From: Escherichia phage AV101
Strand: one strand, 5' to 3'
DNA: 64,000 nt
Sequence record: OQ973471.1
Under the pieces are notes generated by a model that was given only the letters and a program-made list of their open reading frames with translations, did not search any database and had not been told where the DNA came from. Of the stretch, positions 47,412 through 57,378 are shown piece by piece (positions within the stretch are counted from its first letter, which is position 1; the number at the start of each line of letters is the position of its first letter). The position numbers and the translations under genes are program-made.

Positions 47412-47455
47412 TACAGATTAAATATTAGGCGATTATTTCTTGAAAGTAAAGTTAT

Positions 47456-47488
47456 TGAAGTTAAAAAGCCCAGTACTTGACTGGGCTT
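47456..47488 (-). terminator. Rho-independent terminator (minus strand)
   Basis: AAGCCCAGT-loop-ACTGGGCTT followed on the minus strand by TTTTT, then TTCAATAAC. Confidence 0.55.
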
Positions 47489-47505
47489 CTTGGTGTTCTA
47501 TTGAC

Positions 47506-47820
47506 TTATTCGCCACTGGCATTCGGATCTCGATCGGGCTTGGCGTTCGGGAATAGAGACTCGTATAAGTCTTGATATTTCTCGCTCGTTTCGATCGTCT
47601 TATGGTAAGTTCCATTGGCGCGGTCGGATACAACCTTGCGCAAGTCGCTGGCCTTGATACCCGTGTCTTTCGCCAGCTCGGCCAGAGTCTCAGTAATGAA
47701 AGTCTGTTCTGACTTGATGCGGACCTGGGCGGCACGACAGTTTTCAATTGCACCTATCAGCTTGCGACGGGATTCAGGATCAGATGGTAGTACATAAAAG
47801 CCGATTTGTTCTACAGACAT
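47506..47820 (-). CDS. Hypothetical protein
   Basis: 104-aa ORF. Confidence 0.4.
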   Translation of the reverse strand: MSVEQIGFYVLPSDPESRRKLIGAIENCRAAQVRIKSEQTFITETLAELAKDTGIKASDLRKVVSDRANGTYHKTIETSEKYQDLYESLFPNAKPDRDPNASGE

Positions 47821-47835
47821 TTGGTGTTCCTCTTG

Positions 47836-48171
47836 TTAAGATCTCATACCTTGTGGGATCAGATTAGTCCCGCAACGGCGTAAAAAGAAGTTTACGATTG
47901 AGTGATACTGGAACTTCGGGATGATCTCTACACCATCTTCCGTCGTATACCATTCCACTGTGTTGGTGCGCACTGGAAGGGGAAATGACGGCAGATCCAG
48001 CTGTACGAGTTCACCCTCTTGGCATATCATACCAATTCCATATTCCTCCCAGATTTTACGATTGTTGAAGAACTCCAGAGTCTGCTCCGGACTCAGCTCA
48101 ATCGCTTGTTTGGTGTGGCACACCTGTTTGGCGGCCTGCACCAGGCCAGCCATAAAATCATTGTGTGACAT
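47836..48171 (-). CDS. Hypothetical protein
   Basis: 111-aa ORF; TTCAATAAA...TATAAT element upstream on the minus strand. Confidence 0.4.
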   Translation of the reverse strand: MSHNDFMAGLVQAAKQVCHTKQAIELSPEQTLEFFNNRKIWEEYGIGMICQEGELVQLDLPSFPLPVRTNTVEWYTTEDGVEIIPKFQYHSIVNFFLRRCGTNLIPQGMRS

Positions 48172-48235
48172 GATGTGCTCCTGGTTTACATTCAGATCAT
48201 AGAATTATACCCTATGACCTGCTTTATTGAATTGC

Positions 48236-49660
48236 CTAGAATTTCCAATTATTGACTGTTTGGGCTTTCTGCTCATCACTGGCAGTAGCCCCGGACTTGT
48301 TGAGGTCATGTTTGATGTGTACGTTTTCGACATATTTGGCCTCAGCCTCAGTCAGGTCCTTCTTAACTTCGTTCCAGTCCAGGTCAAACAGGATCTGTTT
48401 GTCTTGGTCCATACCAAACAGGAATGATTTCAGCTTCTGCTTGTTGGCATAACGGTTCTTGAGTATTGAGGCTCGGGCTTTCTTGACCGCCGCCAGTTCG
48501 TCAGGAGCATAGAATGCCATGATGAAGTCGGCCACCTTCGGAATACCGATAGCATCTGCCAAATCACTGATTCCACCATCAGTGCTATTCTGATTCTCAC
48601 GATTGAACTGCATACCAGTCCATACAGGGACATCAAACTCAAATCCCAGCGCACGAAACTCACGAGCCACAGACGTGTAATAGACGTTCGTGTTCTGCAT
48701 CAGGTGGGCAGGCAGGCGCGAGGAAGCAGCTTCGCCAAGATAGTCAATAACGATAACATCAGGAGCACGACCAGTTGCCTGGATGTACTCAAGGATATCG
48801 CGGCGGAATAAACCTGTGTGTCCGGTACCGGAAGGATATTCCTTGATGACGATATCACCCTTGGGCGCACCATCTTGGCGACTGCGGAGCTTCTCTATCG
48901 TTGCAATATACTCGTGCCTTGTGAGTTTCTCTAAAGACTCAAAGTCACGACGCATGATACGGGCATCAAGACGGTGTCGCCAGACGTTCTCGGCCACTTC
49001 AAGGGTGAAGACAAAGACGTTCAGCCCCTGCTCCGAGTACCCTGCGGTCAGGTCAATCAGCGTTGTGGTCTTACCTGCGTTGATCGCACCTGTTACGATG
49101 TTCAGTGTCTTCTTACCAACGCCACCACGTGTCGCCTTATTGAATATCTCAACTGCGAACGGGATCTTGGCCTCGTTGGAGTTCATGTGGTCATACTGCT
49201 CTGCCGCCATCTCCCAATAGATGTGACCGAGGTATGAATCAAACCGGATCGCCAGGGCTTCCTGCAACATGGTCGGGATGTTGTTCATCTCGTCCTTGCG
49301 CTTCTCGTCACCGTAGATGTTAACGGCGGTCTTGATTGCGTTGTGTACGGCCTTTTGCCGCGCCCAAGCCTCGGTTTCCTTCGCCAGCCACTCTTCATTG
49401 AAGGTGTTGTCGTTGATGTTCTCCAGGGCAGATACCGCCTGGTCAAACACATATTCGTTCAGCTTTGTCCGTTCAAGAATTATAGATAGTGCTTCGACAG
49501 ACGGGCGGGCATTGTACTCTGAGGTATAACTGTCAATCAGACCAAAGATGACCTTTTCGCCTTCGTTGTCAAAATAATCGGCTTTCAGGTACGGCAGGAT
49601 CTTTCTTTGGTAATCTTCATTGTAAATCAACTGTGAAAGCACGACAGATTCGAGTAACAT
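48236..49660 (-). CDS. DnaB-family replicative DNA helicase (T4 gp41-like)
   Basis: Walker A GAINAGKTT, DnaB-like C-terminal domain; 474 aa. Confidence 0.8.
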   Translation of the reverse strand: MLLESVVLSQLIYNEDYQRKILPYLKADYFDNEGEKVIFGLIDSYTSEYNARPSVEALSIILERTKLNEYVFDQAVSALENINDNTFNEEWLAKETEAWARQKAVHNAIKTAVNIYGDEKRKDEMNNIPTMLQEALAIRFDSYLGHIYWEMAAEQYDHMNSNEAKIPFAVEIFNKATRGGVGKKTLNIVTGAINAGKTTTLIDLTAGYSEQGLNVFVFTLEVAENVWRHRLDARIMRRDFESLEKLTRHEYIATIEKLRSRQDGAPKGDIVIKEYPSGTGHTGLFRRDILEYIQATGRAPDVIVIDYLGEAASSRLPAHLMQNTNVYYTSVAREFRALGFEFDVPVWTGMQFNRENQNSTDGGISDLADAIGIPKVADFIMAFYAPDELAAVKKARASILKNRYANKQKLKSFLFGMDQDKQILFDLDWNEVKKDLTEAEAKYVENVHIKHDLNKSGATASDEQKAQTVNNWKF

Positions 49661-49666
49661 TGGCCA

Positions 49667-49996
49667 CTACCCCACCAAAAATTTATTATATTCCTGAGCA
49701 TTACGCTGCATGAGGTCTACAAGGATATCCCCTGACACCTCAGTGAACAAGTCATTTTCTTTCAAATTCACAAACATCAGACGCAATGGTTTCTTCAATA
49801 TATCAGTCACGAAAGACAGGCGGGGTTCGCCGTCCACTTCGTTGATGGCCACCTTGCCGAACCGGAATTGAACACCACGGAATTTGCCAGAAGTGATCTT
49901 GATGATCGCCAGCTGTTCAGCACCAGGGTCGATGATTGTGTAGTTATTGGGGGAGTCTCCTCCCCCTCCACTGTTATTCGCTTGTGTTGATAACAT
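49667..49996 (-). CDS. Hypothetical protein
   Basis: Small ORF between UvsX and the helicase; start uncertain. Confidence 0.3.
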   Translation of the reverse strand: MLSTQANNSGGGGDSPNNYTIIDPGAEQLAIIKITSGKFRGVQFRFGKVAINEVDGEPRLSFVTDILKKPLRLMFVNLKENDLFTEVSGDILVDLMQRNAQEYNKFLVG

Positions 49997-51059
49997 GGTC
50001 CATTTGCTCCAGCATGTTCGCAGGCATAACAGTACCGTTAGAAACACCGAACATCTTCTTCACGTCATTGGCGAAGTCAACATTCTCCAGTAGCGGATAC
50101 CAGAAATCATCGCCCATCTGGCGCTTCTGATATTTCTTTTCCTTCTCGGGATCGAAACCACCCTTGGCTGTACGCACATACCAGCCGGAAGACGGCATAT
50201 CAACATAACCCAGAGCACGAGCGATCTCAAGCAGGCCGCTCCAGCGATCAATACCGCCGTTGTACAGTACCGTCACAGGGAGCTTGGCTTTCTCTTTGAC
50301 ATGGCGACCTTTCATGATGCTTATGTTGAAGTTCCAGCCCAGCAGATCTTTGTCTTCCTTCACCTGAGAACGGGTGATAAACCAGATCAAGTTGGATGAT
50401 AAGAAGCCCTGCTTGCCGCCTTTGATGTTAGGCTCGGCATACTGGTTGCCGATCTCATCGTAATAGGAGTTGATCCAAACACACACGAGATTTTTGCTGT
50501 TGATTTCAGGAGTCATGACACGCCAGAAGCTGTTGAGGGCACGGGCGCGGGTCATGTCTTGAGTGTCGTTCCCTTTGATCGCATCTTCAACTTCCTTGGT
50601 GGAGGGAAGTTGGCTGATAGAGTCGATGAAGATTATAACATGGTCGCCTTTCTTGACTTCCTGTAGGATCTGCAGCAAGCGGATCTTGGTCTGTTCAACG
50701 TTGTCGATCGGTACGTACAGGACGCGGTCCATGTCAATGCCCATAGAGGTCCAGTAATCAGCGTTGGCACCCTTTTCCGAGTCAGCAAATACACAGATAG
50801 CATCAGGGAACTTGTCCATATAAGCCTTGACGTCCACCAGACCGAACATCGTTTTGAAGGTACGGGAATCACCCACCATCATCTTGATACCGGAGATCAG
50901 GCCGCCGTCAATACGCCCAGACCATGCGATGTCGATCAGGGGAATACCAGTAGAACATATGATAGACGGTTCCAGAGCGTCTGATTGGGACAGTACTGAA
51001 GCCTGGTCGTCATGTTTCTTGGCAACCTTCAGCATGCGGTCCATTAATGAACTGGCCAT
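49974..51059 (-). CDS. uvsX: UvsX recombinase (RecA-like)
   Basis: RecA-fold core (GGLISGIKMMVGDSRTFKT... IFIDSISQL), 361 aa, adjacent to the helicase as in T4-like genomes. Confidence 0.8.
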   Translation of the reverse strand: MASSLMDRMLKVAKKHDDQASVLSQSDALEPSIICSTGIPLIDIAWSGRIDGGLISGIKMMVGDSRTFKTMFGLVDVKAYMDKFPDAICVFADSEKGANADYWTSMGIDMDRVLYVPIDNVEQTKIRLLQILQEVKKGDHVIIFIDSISQLPSTKEVEDAIKGNDTQDMTRARALNSFWRVMTPEINSKNLVCVWINSYYDEIGNQYAEPNIKGGKQGFLSSNLIWFITRSQVKEDKDLLGWNFNISIMKGRHVKEKAKLPVTVLYNGGIDRWSGLLEIARALGYVDMPSSGWYVRTAKGGFDPEKEKKYQKRQMGDDFWYPLLENVDFANDVKKMFGVSNGTVMPANMLEQMDHVINTSE

Positions 51060-51586
51060 TTCACTTCCTCTTTGTTGTTAATCGTCGTTAGTAAGTCTAC
51101 ACCCATAACCTTCTGGGACAAAATGTTAACCGCCTCTTGGATGCTCTTCAGGGACATTGTCTCAACAAGCGACGATGCGTCATTATGCCGGTCGGTTAGG
51201 TACATATTGCGCAGATTGTTGTAGTTCGTGCGGTTGATGCACGCAGTGTTCAGTGCTATATTCAGGATATACATTATCTGTTCAATGGTTACATCCTTTG
51301 GCATAGCGTGGATGTAATAGATCGAGCCTTCAAAATAGACGTCTACCAGTTCATCTGGTATCTTGATGCCACCACTGGCATACTCTTCGATCATTCTGAA
51401 CAGAGACTCTGGTTGCTCGCTGGCGATCTTATGCGTAACAGTCGCCGAAAGACCGTCGCCCGGTTTAACAGGCCTGTTGTATTCAGTAAGGAATACATTA
51501 TGTCCGCCGCCGATGATGTGCTCGGCGAATTTGGAAGATGCCTGAGCAGCGTTCTCCGCATGGTATGAAACGACGACTGTAAACAT
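51044..51586 (-). CDS. Hypothetical protein
   Basis: 180-aa ORF. Confidence 0.4.
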   Translation of the reverse strand: MFTVVVSYHAENAAQASSKFAEHIIGGGHNVFLTEYNRPVKPGDGLSATVTHKIASEQPESLFRMIEEYASGGIKIPDELVDVYFEGSIYYIHAMPKDVTIEQIMYILNIALNTACINRTNYNNLRNMYLTDRHNDASSLVETMSLKSIQEAVNILSQKVMGVDLLTTINNKEEVKWPVH

Positions 51587-52140
51587 TAGAACTCCAGGGT
51601 CAGAGGGGTTTCTGCGGACTTATCGTAATCCGCGCCACCAGCAGCACGCAGGCGATTGCGATCGTTCTTGCGTTTGTGTGCCAGTATGTAAGTCTCAATG
51701 TCGATCTCCATATAAGAACACGCAGACGACAGGAAGAACATGAGAGTCTCAACGCAAGGATCGTTCATGAATTGCCCAAGGCGGTACGTAACATTGCGAT
51801 GCCCTACAACACCCAAAGCAGGTGGGGTGAATTCGCGATTACTAAGGACTTCAAATTCTTCTTCGATCTCACCTTTGGTGCGGTCCACAAGGATGAAGCA
51901 CAACATGAAGTGTACCACGTCCACCAGTTCATAAACTGCGTTCGTATGGTCAAACCCGATGTCGTTGCCATAGACCTTCCAGTCACGGGTGGTTTCATCA
52001 AGGAACTCTGCCCACTCACGATAGATAGAGTTGATGACTGCGTTCTGACTCCATACATTCTTCCACTCTTCCCCAAAGTAGGCCACGTTAGTGGCCTTTT
52101 GGAGTTCGAGCAGGCTTTTGATATGCCCTGCTGTGATCAT
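51586..52140 (-). CDS. All-alpha NTP pyrophosphohydrolase (MazG/dUTPase-2/gp56 dCTPase-like)
   Basis: E-x-x-E / E-x-x-D pattern (IYREWAEFLDETTRDW; ELVDVVHF). Confidence 0.45.
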   Translation of the reverse strand: MITAGHIKSLLELQKATNVAYFGEEWKNVWSQNAVINSIYREWAEFLDETTRDWKVYGNDIGFDHTNAVYELVDVVHFMLCFILVDRTKGEIEEEFEVLSNREFTPPALGVVGHRNVTYRLGQFMNDPCVETLMFFLSSACSYMEIDIETYILAHKRKNDRNRLRAAGGADYDKSAETPLTLEF

Positions 52141-52706
52141 TTACGTTCTCCGTAGAATTTAACGAACGGCTCCCAACCATCAAATGGATTGAGGAATTCG
52201 TAGTCCACTTTCATTTGGTCAATGAAAGCCTCTATATCGTCCTCTATGATACCAGCACGGTCGGCCTTTGAAATACGGGTGATAGGACATTTCGTACTCA
52301 GCGCCCATTCATATTCCTGAGGGGTACGCAGATCGCTCACGATATAATGGACGTGGGGGTTCTGCTCTACCAGAGGAAGCTGGAAACGCTTGAAGAATGC
52401 CAGGAACAGATCGGGTTGTACGTAACGCAAGCCCGTATCGCTGCCTAGATGAAGCCAGATCTGCCGGGGAGTTAAGCCCTTGGGGTTATCAGGGTGCACG
52501 TAAGGAACGTCCTTCACGGCATCCTCTACCTCCGCTGGCAGCCATGGATAGATGAAGTTGGCAACCCGGCGCAGTTCATCTGAGAACGAAAGGCGCTGGA
52601 TGTCCATATCACCCTGTAGTTGGTGATAGCTGATGAGGGACTCCAAACAGAAGTCCTTGCCGGAACGCTTGCGCCCCGTAAAGAATTCAAGATTTGGGTA
52701 CATCAT
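52137..52706 (-). CDS. Deoxynucleoside monophosphate kinase (T4 gp1-like)
   Basis: P-loop FFTGRKRSGKDF compared with T4 gp1 GVKRSGKDT; second block HYIVSDLR. Confidence 0.55.
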   Translation of the reverse strand: MMYPNLEFFTGRKRSGKDFCLESLISYHQLQGDMDIQRLSFSDELRRVANFIYPWLPAEVEDAVKDVPYVHPDNPKGLTPRQIWLHLGSDTGLRYVQPDLFLAFFKRFQLPLVEQNPHVHYIVSDLRTPQEYEWALSTKCPITRISKADRAGIIEDDIEAFIDQMKVDYEFLNPFDGWEPFVKFYGERK

Positions 52707-53749
52707 ACTACACCTTCCAGGAACTTAGGATCAACGATCTTGCGGTCAACCGGAGAATGGGTGAGCGCGGTGTTCAATCCATGATCCTGAATCAGGTCCA
52801 GGTTAATGAGCTTGTTATTCAATTTGCAGTGCAGGCAGTATGCCATCTGCACAATCAGACCGCGATCCGCATCATACTCCTTCAGGAAGGCAACAACAGT
52901 TTCCCAAGGACTACCGAAGTCACAATGAACAAGCACGCCAGTGAACAGATCGCGGATATGGTTCTGGTTGGTCACGTTCGTGAAGTGGATCATGGAGTTG
53001 ATGAACCCAGCTTCTACTTTGGTGTCCTTCGTGATCTTGCCCAGCTGCTTCTGGCTGACTTCATTGTTGTAGTAATGAAGATTGTTGGAGAAGAGCTTGT
53101 ACTGGCCGACGTCAACATCCAACACCCGAGCAATCACTTCCTGAAGAATAGAGAACTCAATGAAGTTGATTGAACTCATACCCCACAGAACATCCTGTGA
53201 GCGATTGATAACCGTCAGGTTCAGGCGACCTTCAACGATGGCGAACAACAGAGCCAGGTTACACACCATGTCCTTGGTCTTTGCTTCGCCACTCTCACTG
53301 AACTTCGCCAGACCAGCATCTGAATCCAGAGCCGGATCATAGATGGTGAGGTACGCCTGGCGAGTGTTTGGATTCTTGCGCAGGCGGTTGATGACGCTAT
53401 CCAGCTGGCCATGGGCGTACAGACGCGGACCATAAGCGGCTCGCCATGTGTGGCCGTTGTCGGAAAAGTTGGCGGCGCGGGGCAACACGCGGGACAGGAA
53501 GCGAACGTCATCGCGCCCGGACAGAACCCAGAAGGTCTCGCCGATGGCGGCGATAGCCGATGAGTTACGACCTTCAACGGATAGCCAGCGGTCACGGATG
53601 TCGGCGACGGTTATGGTCACGCCATCAAGGAAGCGGGTGCTATCAGTATTGATTTCAGCATTACCAGGATCAGATTCGATCCCGAATTCACGGATAGCCA
53701 AGACAGCCTGTTTCAGCATGTCATTGTTGTTTATTGCTTTGATTTCCAT
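52703..53749 (-). CDS. Thymidylate-synthase-family enzyme, candidate dUMP hydroxymethylase
   Basis: TS-family blocks RQAYLTIYDP and MVCNLALLF...NRSQDVLWGMSSINF (catalytic Cys; Q-R-S-x-D; Asn near the TS uracil-specificity position). Confidence 0.6.
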   Translation of the reverse strand: MEIKAINNNDMLKQAVLAIREFGIESDPGNAEINTDSTRFLDGVTITVADIRDRWLSVEGRNSSAIAAIGETFWVLSGRDDVRFLSRVLPRAANFSDNGHTWRAAYGPRLYAHGQLDSVINRLRKNPNTRQAYLTIYDPALDSDAGLAKFSESGEAKTKDMVCNLALLFAIVEGRLNLTVINRSQDVLWGMSSINFIEFSILQEVIARVLDVDVGQYKLFSNNLHYYNNEVSQKQLGKITKDTKVEAGFINSMIHFTNVTNQNHIRDLFTGVLVHCDFGSPWETVVAFLKEYDADRGLIVQMAYCLHCKLNNKLINLDLIQDHGLNTALTHSPVDRKIVDPKFLEGVV

Positions 53750-54408
53750 CAGATACTCCCAAAATCACGACAGAGGAATGCCATCACAGCCTGGTCTACT
53801 GTTAGGCCGTGAGACTTCATCATACCCGCAGCCACCGTAGGGAACAAGTCTTTATGTCGTTGACGATGGTCATGAACTCTCTCCCACTTCTCGACCACCA
53901 GACTTTCATTGAAATCCACACCGCCGTTGCGTGATTTAACGCGGGTGATACACGTTTCAAGAGGAGTGTCCATAAAGAGCACAACCAATTCACGTGGTGG
54001 GCGTGTCAGGCGGGGGATCCAAGAACTCAATAATGTGGATGGAATGATACCTTCGAAAATCACATCATATTTCAAGTATTCTGGTTGGTCAGCAATAGAC
54101 AACGCGAACAACATCTGCTCAGTGTCCTTCAGGGAATCAACCCCCTTGGACTTCGACTTGTCATATTTACCGATACAGACCACGTTGAACGAAGGACAGA
54201 CAGTCAGCATGACCTTGCCGTTATGGGTCACGACATACGCCTGAGGATCCCTCTCCGCCAGCTGAGACGGCACAGTGGATTTACCGCTACCATTGGAGCC
54301 TTTGACGTAGTAGATTTGCCCTCGTGCTGGGTAGATCCCCTTTACGACGGGTGGTTTAAAGAATGTGTGGACGGGGCGCTTCATCAGCCCCTTCAGGGAG
54401 TAGGACAT
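53749..54408 (-). CDS. P-loop kinase (polynucleotide-kinase-like), candidate DNA hydroxymethyl-dU kinase
   Basis: Walker A GSNGSGKST; 219 aa; start overlaps the stop of the TS-family gene. Confidence 0.45.
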   Translation of the reverse strand: MSYSLKGLMKRPVHTFFKPPVVKGIYPARGQIYYVKGSNGSGKSTVPSQLAERDPQAYVVTHNGKVMLTVCPSFNVVCIGKYDKSKSKGVDSLKDTEQMLFALSIADQPEYLKYDVIFEGIIPSTLLSSWIPRLTRPPRELVVLFMDTPLETCITRVKSRNGGVDFNESLVVEKWERVHDHRQRHKDLFPTVAAGMMKSHGLTVDQAVMAFLCRDFGSI

Positions 54409-54483
54409 AAACTGCTCCGATAAACAAAAGGAGCTGCTATTATAGCAACCCCTTCATCTATTGAACAGTTTCTGAACTTAAAT

Positions 54484-55323
54484 TTACACAGCTTTCGCTT
54501 CAGCCAGAGCCTGTGGAAGCCATTCATTGATCGCCTTAACCAGAGACTCAGCATCAGACTCTTTGATCTTCTGACGTTTGGTGAAGGACTTGCCGTTCAC
54601 GTACAGACTGAAGCCCCAGCCACCGGAAACGATAGGCGCAACGTCGACATACGTATTGGTGCGGGCGTGAAGGTTTTCAGGGTTAGCCAGTTCGGTGACC
54701 GGGAACTGGAACCAACGCATGTCTGGGTTCACGTAGCTCAGGAACACGCCGGGGACAACACCAGCTTCAATCGCCGCCAAGACCGGACCGTGATTAGAAG
54801 CGCGAGCCACGTCAACCATTTCCTCACGTTTGGTGTGACGGCGTTTACGCTCTACCAGCGCCGCCTGCGGGGTCAGGGTCTTACCCTTCGATGCTTCTTT
54901 CAGCATAGAAGACGCCAAGGAACCGATTTTCGCGTCGGACGGCTGATTGCCTTCTTCCAGCGCCGCGTTGACTGCATCTTTAACTGCGTCTACCGGGGCG
55001 TCGGACACTACTGGGGCTTCACATGCATCGGCAGAGATCGGTGCTTCAGCATCAACGGTTTCAGCGACTTTCAGGGATACTTCAGCTTGGGCTTGCTCTT
55101 GGGCTTGCGCCAGAGCCTGCTGAGTTTCTTCCTTCTCTTCGGCGCTCAGACCTTCAATCAGTTCGAAGCCGTTGGCAGCCTGAAGAACACCTTCAACCAT
55201 ACGGCGCAGGGTAACGTTTCCGATGATCAGACCTGCTTCTTTGATTTCAGCCTGGATAGCCGCAACGTCTTTGCCTTCAATTTCAATTTTGGTTCCAGAA
55301 TCCACATGAAGAATATATGACAT
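54484..55323 (-). CDS. Hypothetical protein
   Basis: 279-aa ORF, acidic Ala-rich central region. Confidence 0.45.
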   Translation of the reverse strand: MSYILHVDSGTKIEIEGKDVAAIQAEIKEAGLIIGNVTLRRMVEGVLQAANGFELIEGLSAEEKEETQQALAQAQEQAQAEVSLKVAETVDAEAPISADACEAPVVSDAPVDAVKDAVNAALEEGNQPSDAKIGSLASSMLKEASKGKTLTPQAALVERKRRHTKREEMVDVARASNHGPVLAAIEAGVVPGVFLSYVNPDMRWFQFPVTELANPENLHARTNTYVDVAPIVSGGWGFSLYVNGKSFTKRQKIKESDAESLVKAINEWLPQALAEAKAV

Positions 55324-55512
55324 AATAAAAACCCTTTCGTTATTAAGACCGTATCCGCAGCATATTGTTGTTCTGACTGTGTAGTGAGAACATAATATAC
55401 TGCATTTTCATAGATGTAAACTACTTTTTATTGAAAAGAAAGTTAACACCTTAGTGTTATAAGGTGCGCGACCAAGCGGAGCGCGAACTTGCGTGAATAT
55501 TAACTTTCTACG

Positions 55513-55794
55513 TCAATATAGAAAAACCATTTCCGGTGGCCAACAATTTGTTAGCTCGACTTTTGCGAACCGTGGTTGGCAGTACGCATCAACCGACTCA
55601 TCAAACAGACAGTGTTCTACATTTGCAATCATCAGATCATCATCCACCACTTCAACAGAATGGACAATGATCTTGTGGTCATACGTCAGGCAACCGTCTA
55701 AATGCATGTTGTCAGCGCGGAGGTGTTGCATGATGAAATACTCTATGATCGACTCAAGGACAGTCGTCAGCTTCAGATAACGTTTCATACACAC
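55513..55794 (-). CDS. Hypothetical protein
   Basis: 93-aa ORF. Confidence 0.35.
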   Translation of the reverse strand: MCMKRYLKLTTVLESIIEYFIMQHLRADNMHLDGCLTYDHKIIVHSVEVVDDDLMIANVEHCLFDESVDAYCQPRFAKVELTNCWPPEMVFLY

Positions 55795-55808
55795 CTCTCA
55801 CAGTGGAG

Positions 55809-56558
55809 TTATTTGGACAGATAGAAGTTTGGAACTTCAGGGAAATGCTCTGGTAGATATCCCACCAGAACATCCTGTTTCACCTTCCCTTCGATATCTT
55901 CGCGGATACGACGAATCACATCTTCCTGTTGTTCTGCTGCCATCACTTCTTCCATGGCTGAGTACAAGTTTTCTAGAATGACACCTACGTAGTTGTGGAT
56001 GGCACGACAGGAGTTCTGATCATACTCCATATCCGGATGAATCGCCAGGTCGACCTGATCACGCCCTACCAGCAGATGTCCAGACACCAGATTTATCGGG
56101 TATTTGAATACTTCACTAGATTTGACAGCAACTCCGTCGGCTTGCTCCAGCAGGAATTCGGTTTCAGAGAAGCGTTCAAGTAGTTCCGATGGGAATACCA
56201 TATCGAGATTCTGACGCTTGCGACCAAAGAAGTATAGACAATGCGCCAGCTTCAGGCAAGCCTCTGTCGCCATCTTCATATGCGCTTTGGCATGTTCATA
56301 TCCAGCGATCACATCACGGACATAATCGTACAGGTCGGCATGACCAAAACGAATGTCTTCGCTGAACTGAATTGCGGTTTCGCTGTCTTCTTTCAGACCC
56401 AGCACGTCGAAGATATTGTGTTCACGGACAGATCTGCCGTTTCGATCGAAACCCAGAACGCAACCGACTTCGAATCCACTCTTTTCAAAATTTGGGAGTT
56501 TCATATCAAGGCGAGCTGGGGTAAACTCTAACCCGAACATACGATAAATTTGTGACAT
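55809..56558 (-). CDS. Hypothetical protein
   Basis: 249-aa ORF. Confidence 0.45.
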   Translation of the reverse strand: MSQIYRMFGLEFTPARLDMKLPNFEKSGFEVGCVLGFDRNGRSVREHNIFDVLGLKEDSETAIQFSEDIRFGHADLYDYVRDVIAGYEHAKAHMKMATEACLKLAHCLYFFGRKRQNLDMVFPSELLERFSETEFLLEQADGVAVKSSEVFKYPINLVSGHLLVGRDQVDLAIHPDMEYDQNSCRAIHNYVGVILENLYSAMEEVMAAEQQEDVIRRIREDIEGKVKQDVLVGYLPEHFPEVPNFYLSK

Positions 56559-56620
56559 GTTATAGCCTCATCATTTAGGATTACCTGTTCACGAATTATC
56601 CCTCGGAACGGGTTATAGAA

Positions 56621-57325
56621 CTATTTCTTCTTATGCATACGACGTGCATCTTTCCACACAGACATCTGGCTCTGTTTCTGGAAGCGGGCAGTGCGCATGA
56701 AGAGAACGATCTCCCAGTACTGTGGCTCAATCTCGTAAAGCTGTGAACGGAACTGATCGGCGCGGTACAGCTTCACACAGTGATTGTACAGCGGATGGTT
56801 GGCGAAGCGCTTCAGGGCTTCCCAGGTGAGCTTCAGACGCGTCTTTGAGCGGTATGCCCGTTCGTTACGCAACTTGATCAGATCCTCAAACACCAACAGC
56901 CTGAGCTTCGGTGGCAGGTAGTGCATGTTGAGTCCCCAGAGGTATGTCACACCCTTCTCTCCAAAGGTGATACCATCACCCTTGACAAAGTTGAAGAAGA
57001 ACACCAGAGGGTACATATCCCAGTAGGGTAGTTCATTCTTCGTCAGAGCATCATATTTGAAATAGAACATACGCCCGACTATATACCGCACACCTTGTAC
57101 CGGACGTTTATGATCAGCGAATGCCTGTTTCATATGGTTGGGGCTCAGGTTGGCGTCCTTAGACACACGCTCCATGAACCACACATGCGAACGGCGGATG
57201 TTACGCTTCGCCTCTGGGCCGAAGTGTTGACGGTACTTGCGGATGTAACGCTTGACCAGCTCGGGGGCGTCCATCTCGGCCGGAAACAGCAACGGATCTT
57301 CTTCGCCAGCTGCATTCTTTGCCAT
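56621..57325 (-). CDS. Hypothetical protein
   Basis: 234-aa basic protein downstream of the SSB gene. Confidence 0.45.
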   Translation of the reverse strand: MAKNAAGEEDPLLFPAEMDAPELVKRYIRKYRQHFGPEAKRNIRRSHVWFMERVSKDANLSPNHMKQAFADHKRPVQGVRYIVGRMFYFKYDALTKNELPYWDMYPLVFFFNFVKGDGITFGEKGVTYLWGLNMHYLPPKLRLLVFEDLIKLRNERAYRSKTRLKLTWEALKRFANHPLYNHCVKLYRADQFRSQLYEIEPQYWEIVLFMRTARFQKQSQMSVWKDARRMHKKK

Positions 57326-57336
57326 TTGTCAACTCC

Positions 57337-57344
57337 TATAAATA
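57337..57344 (+). promoter_or_regulatory. T4-type late promoter core TATAAATA
   Basis: Exact TATAAATA about 35 nt upstream of the plus-strand structural-like gene at 57379, in a divergent intergenic region. Confidence 0.5.
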
Positions 57345-57378
57345 ATAACAGTTATTTTATTTAAGTGGAGTCCTCATC

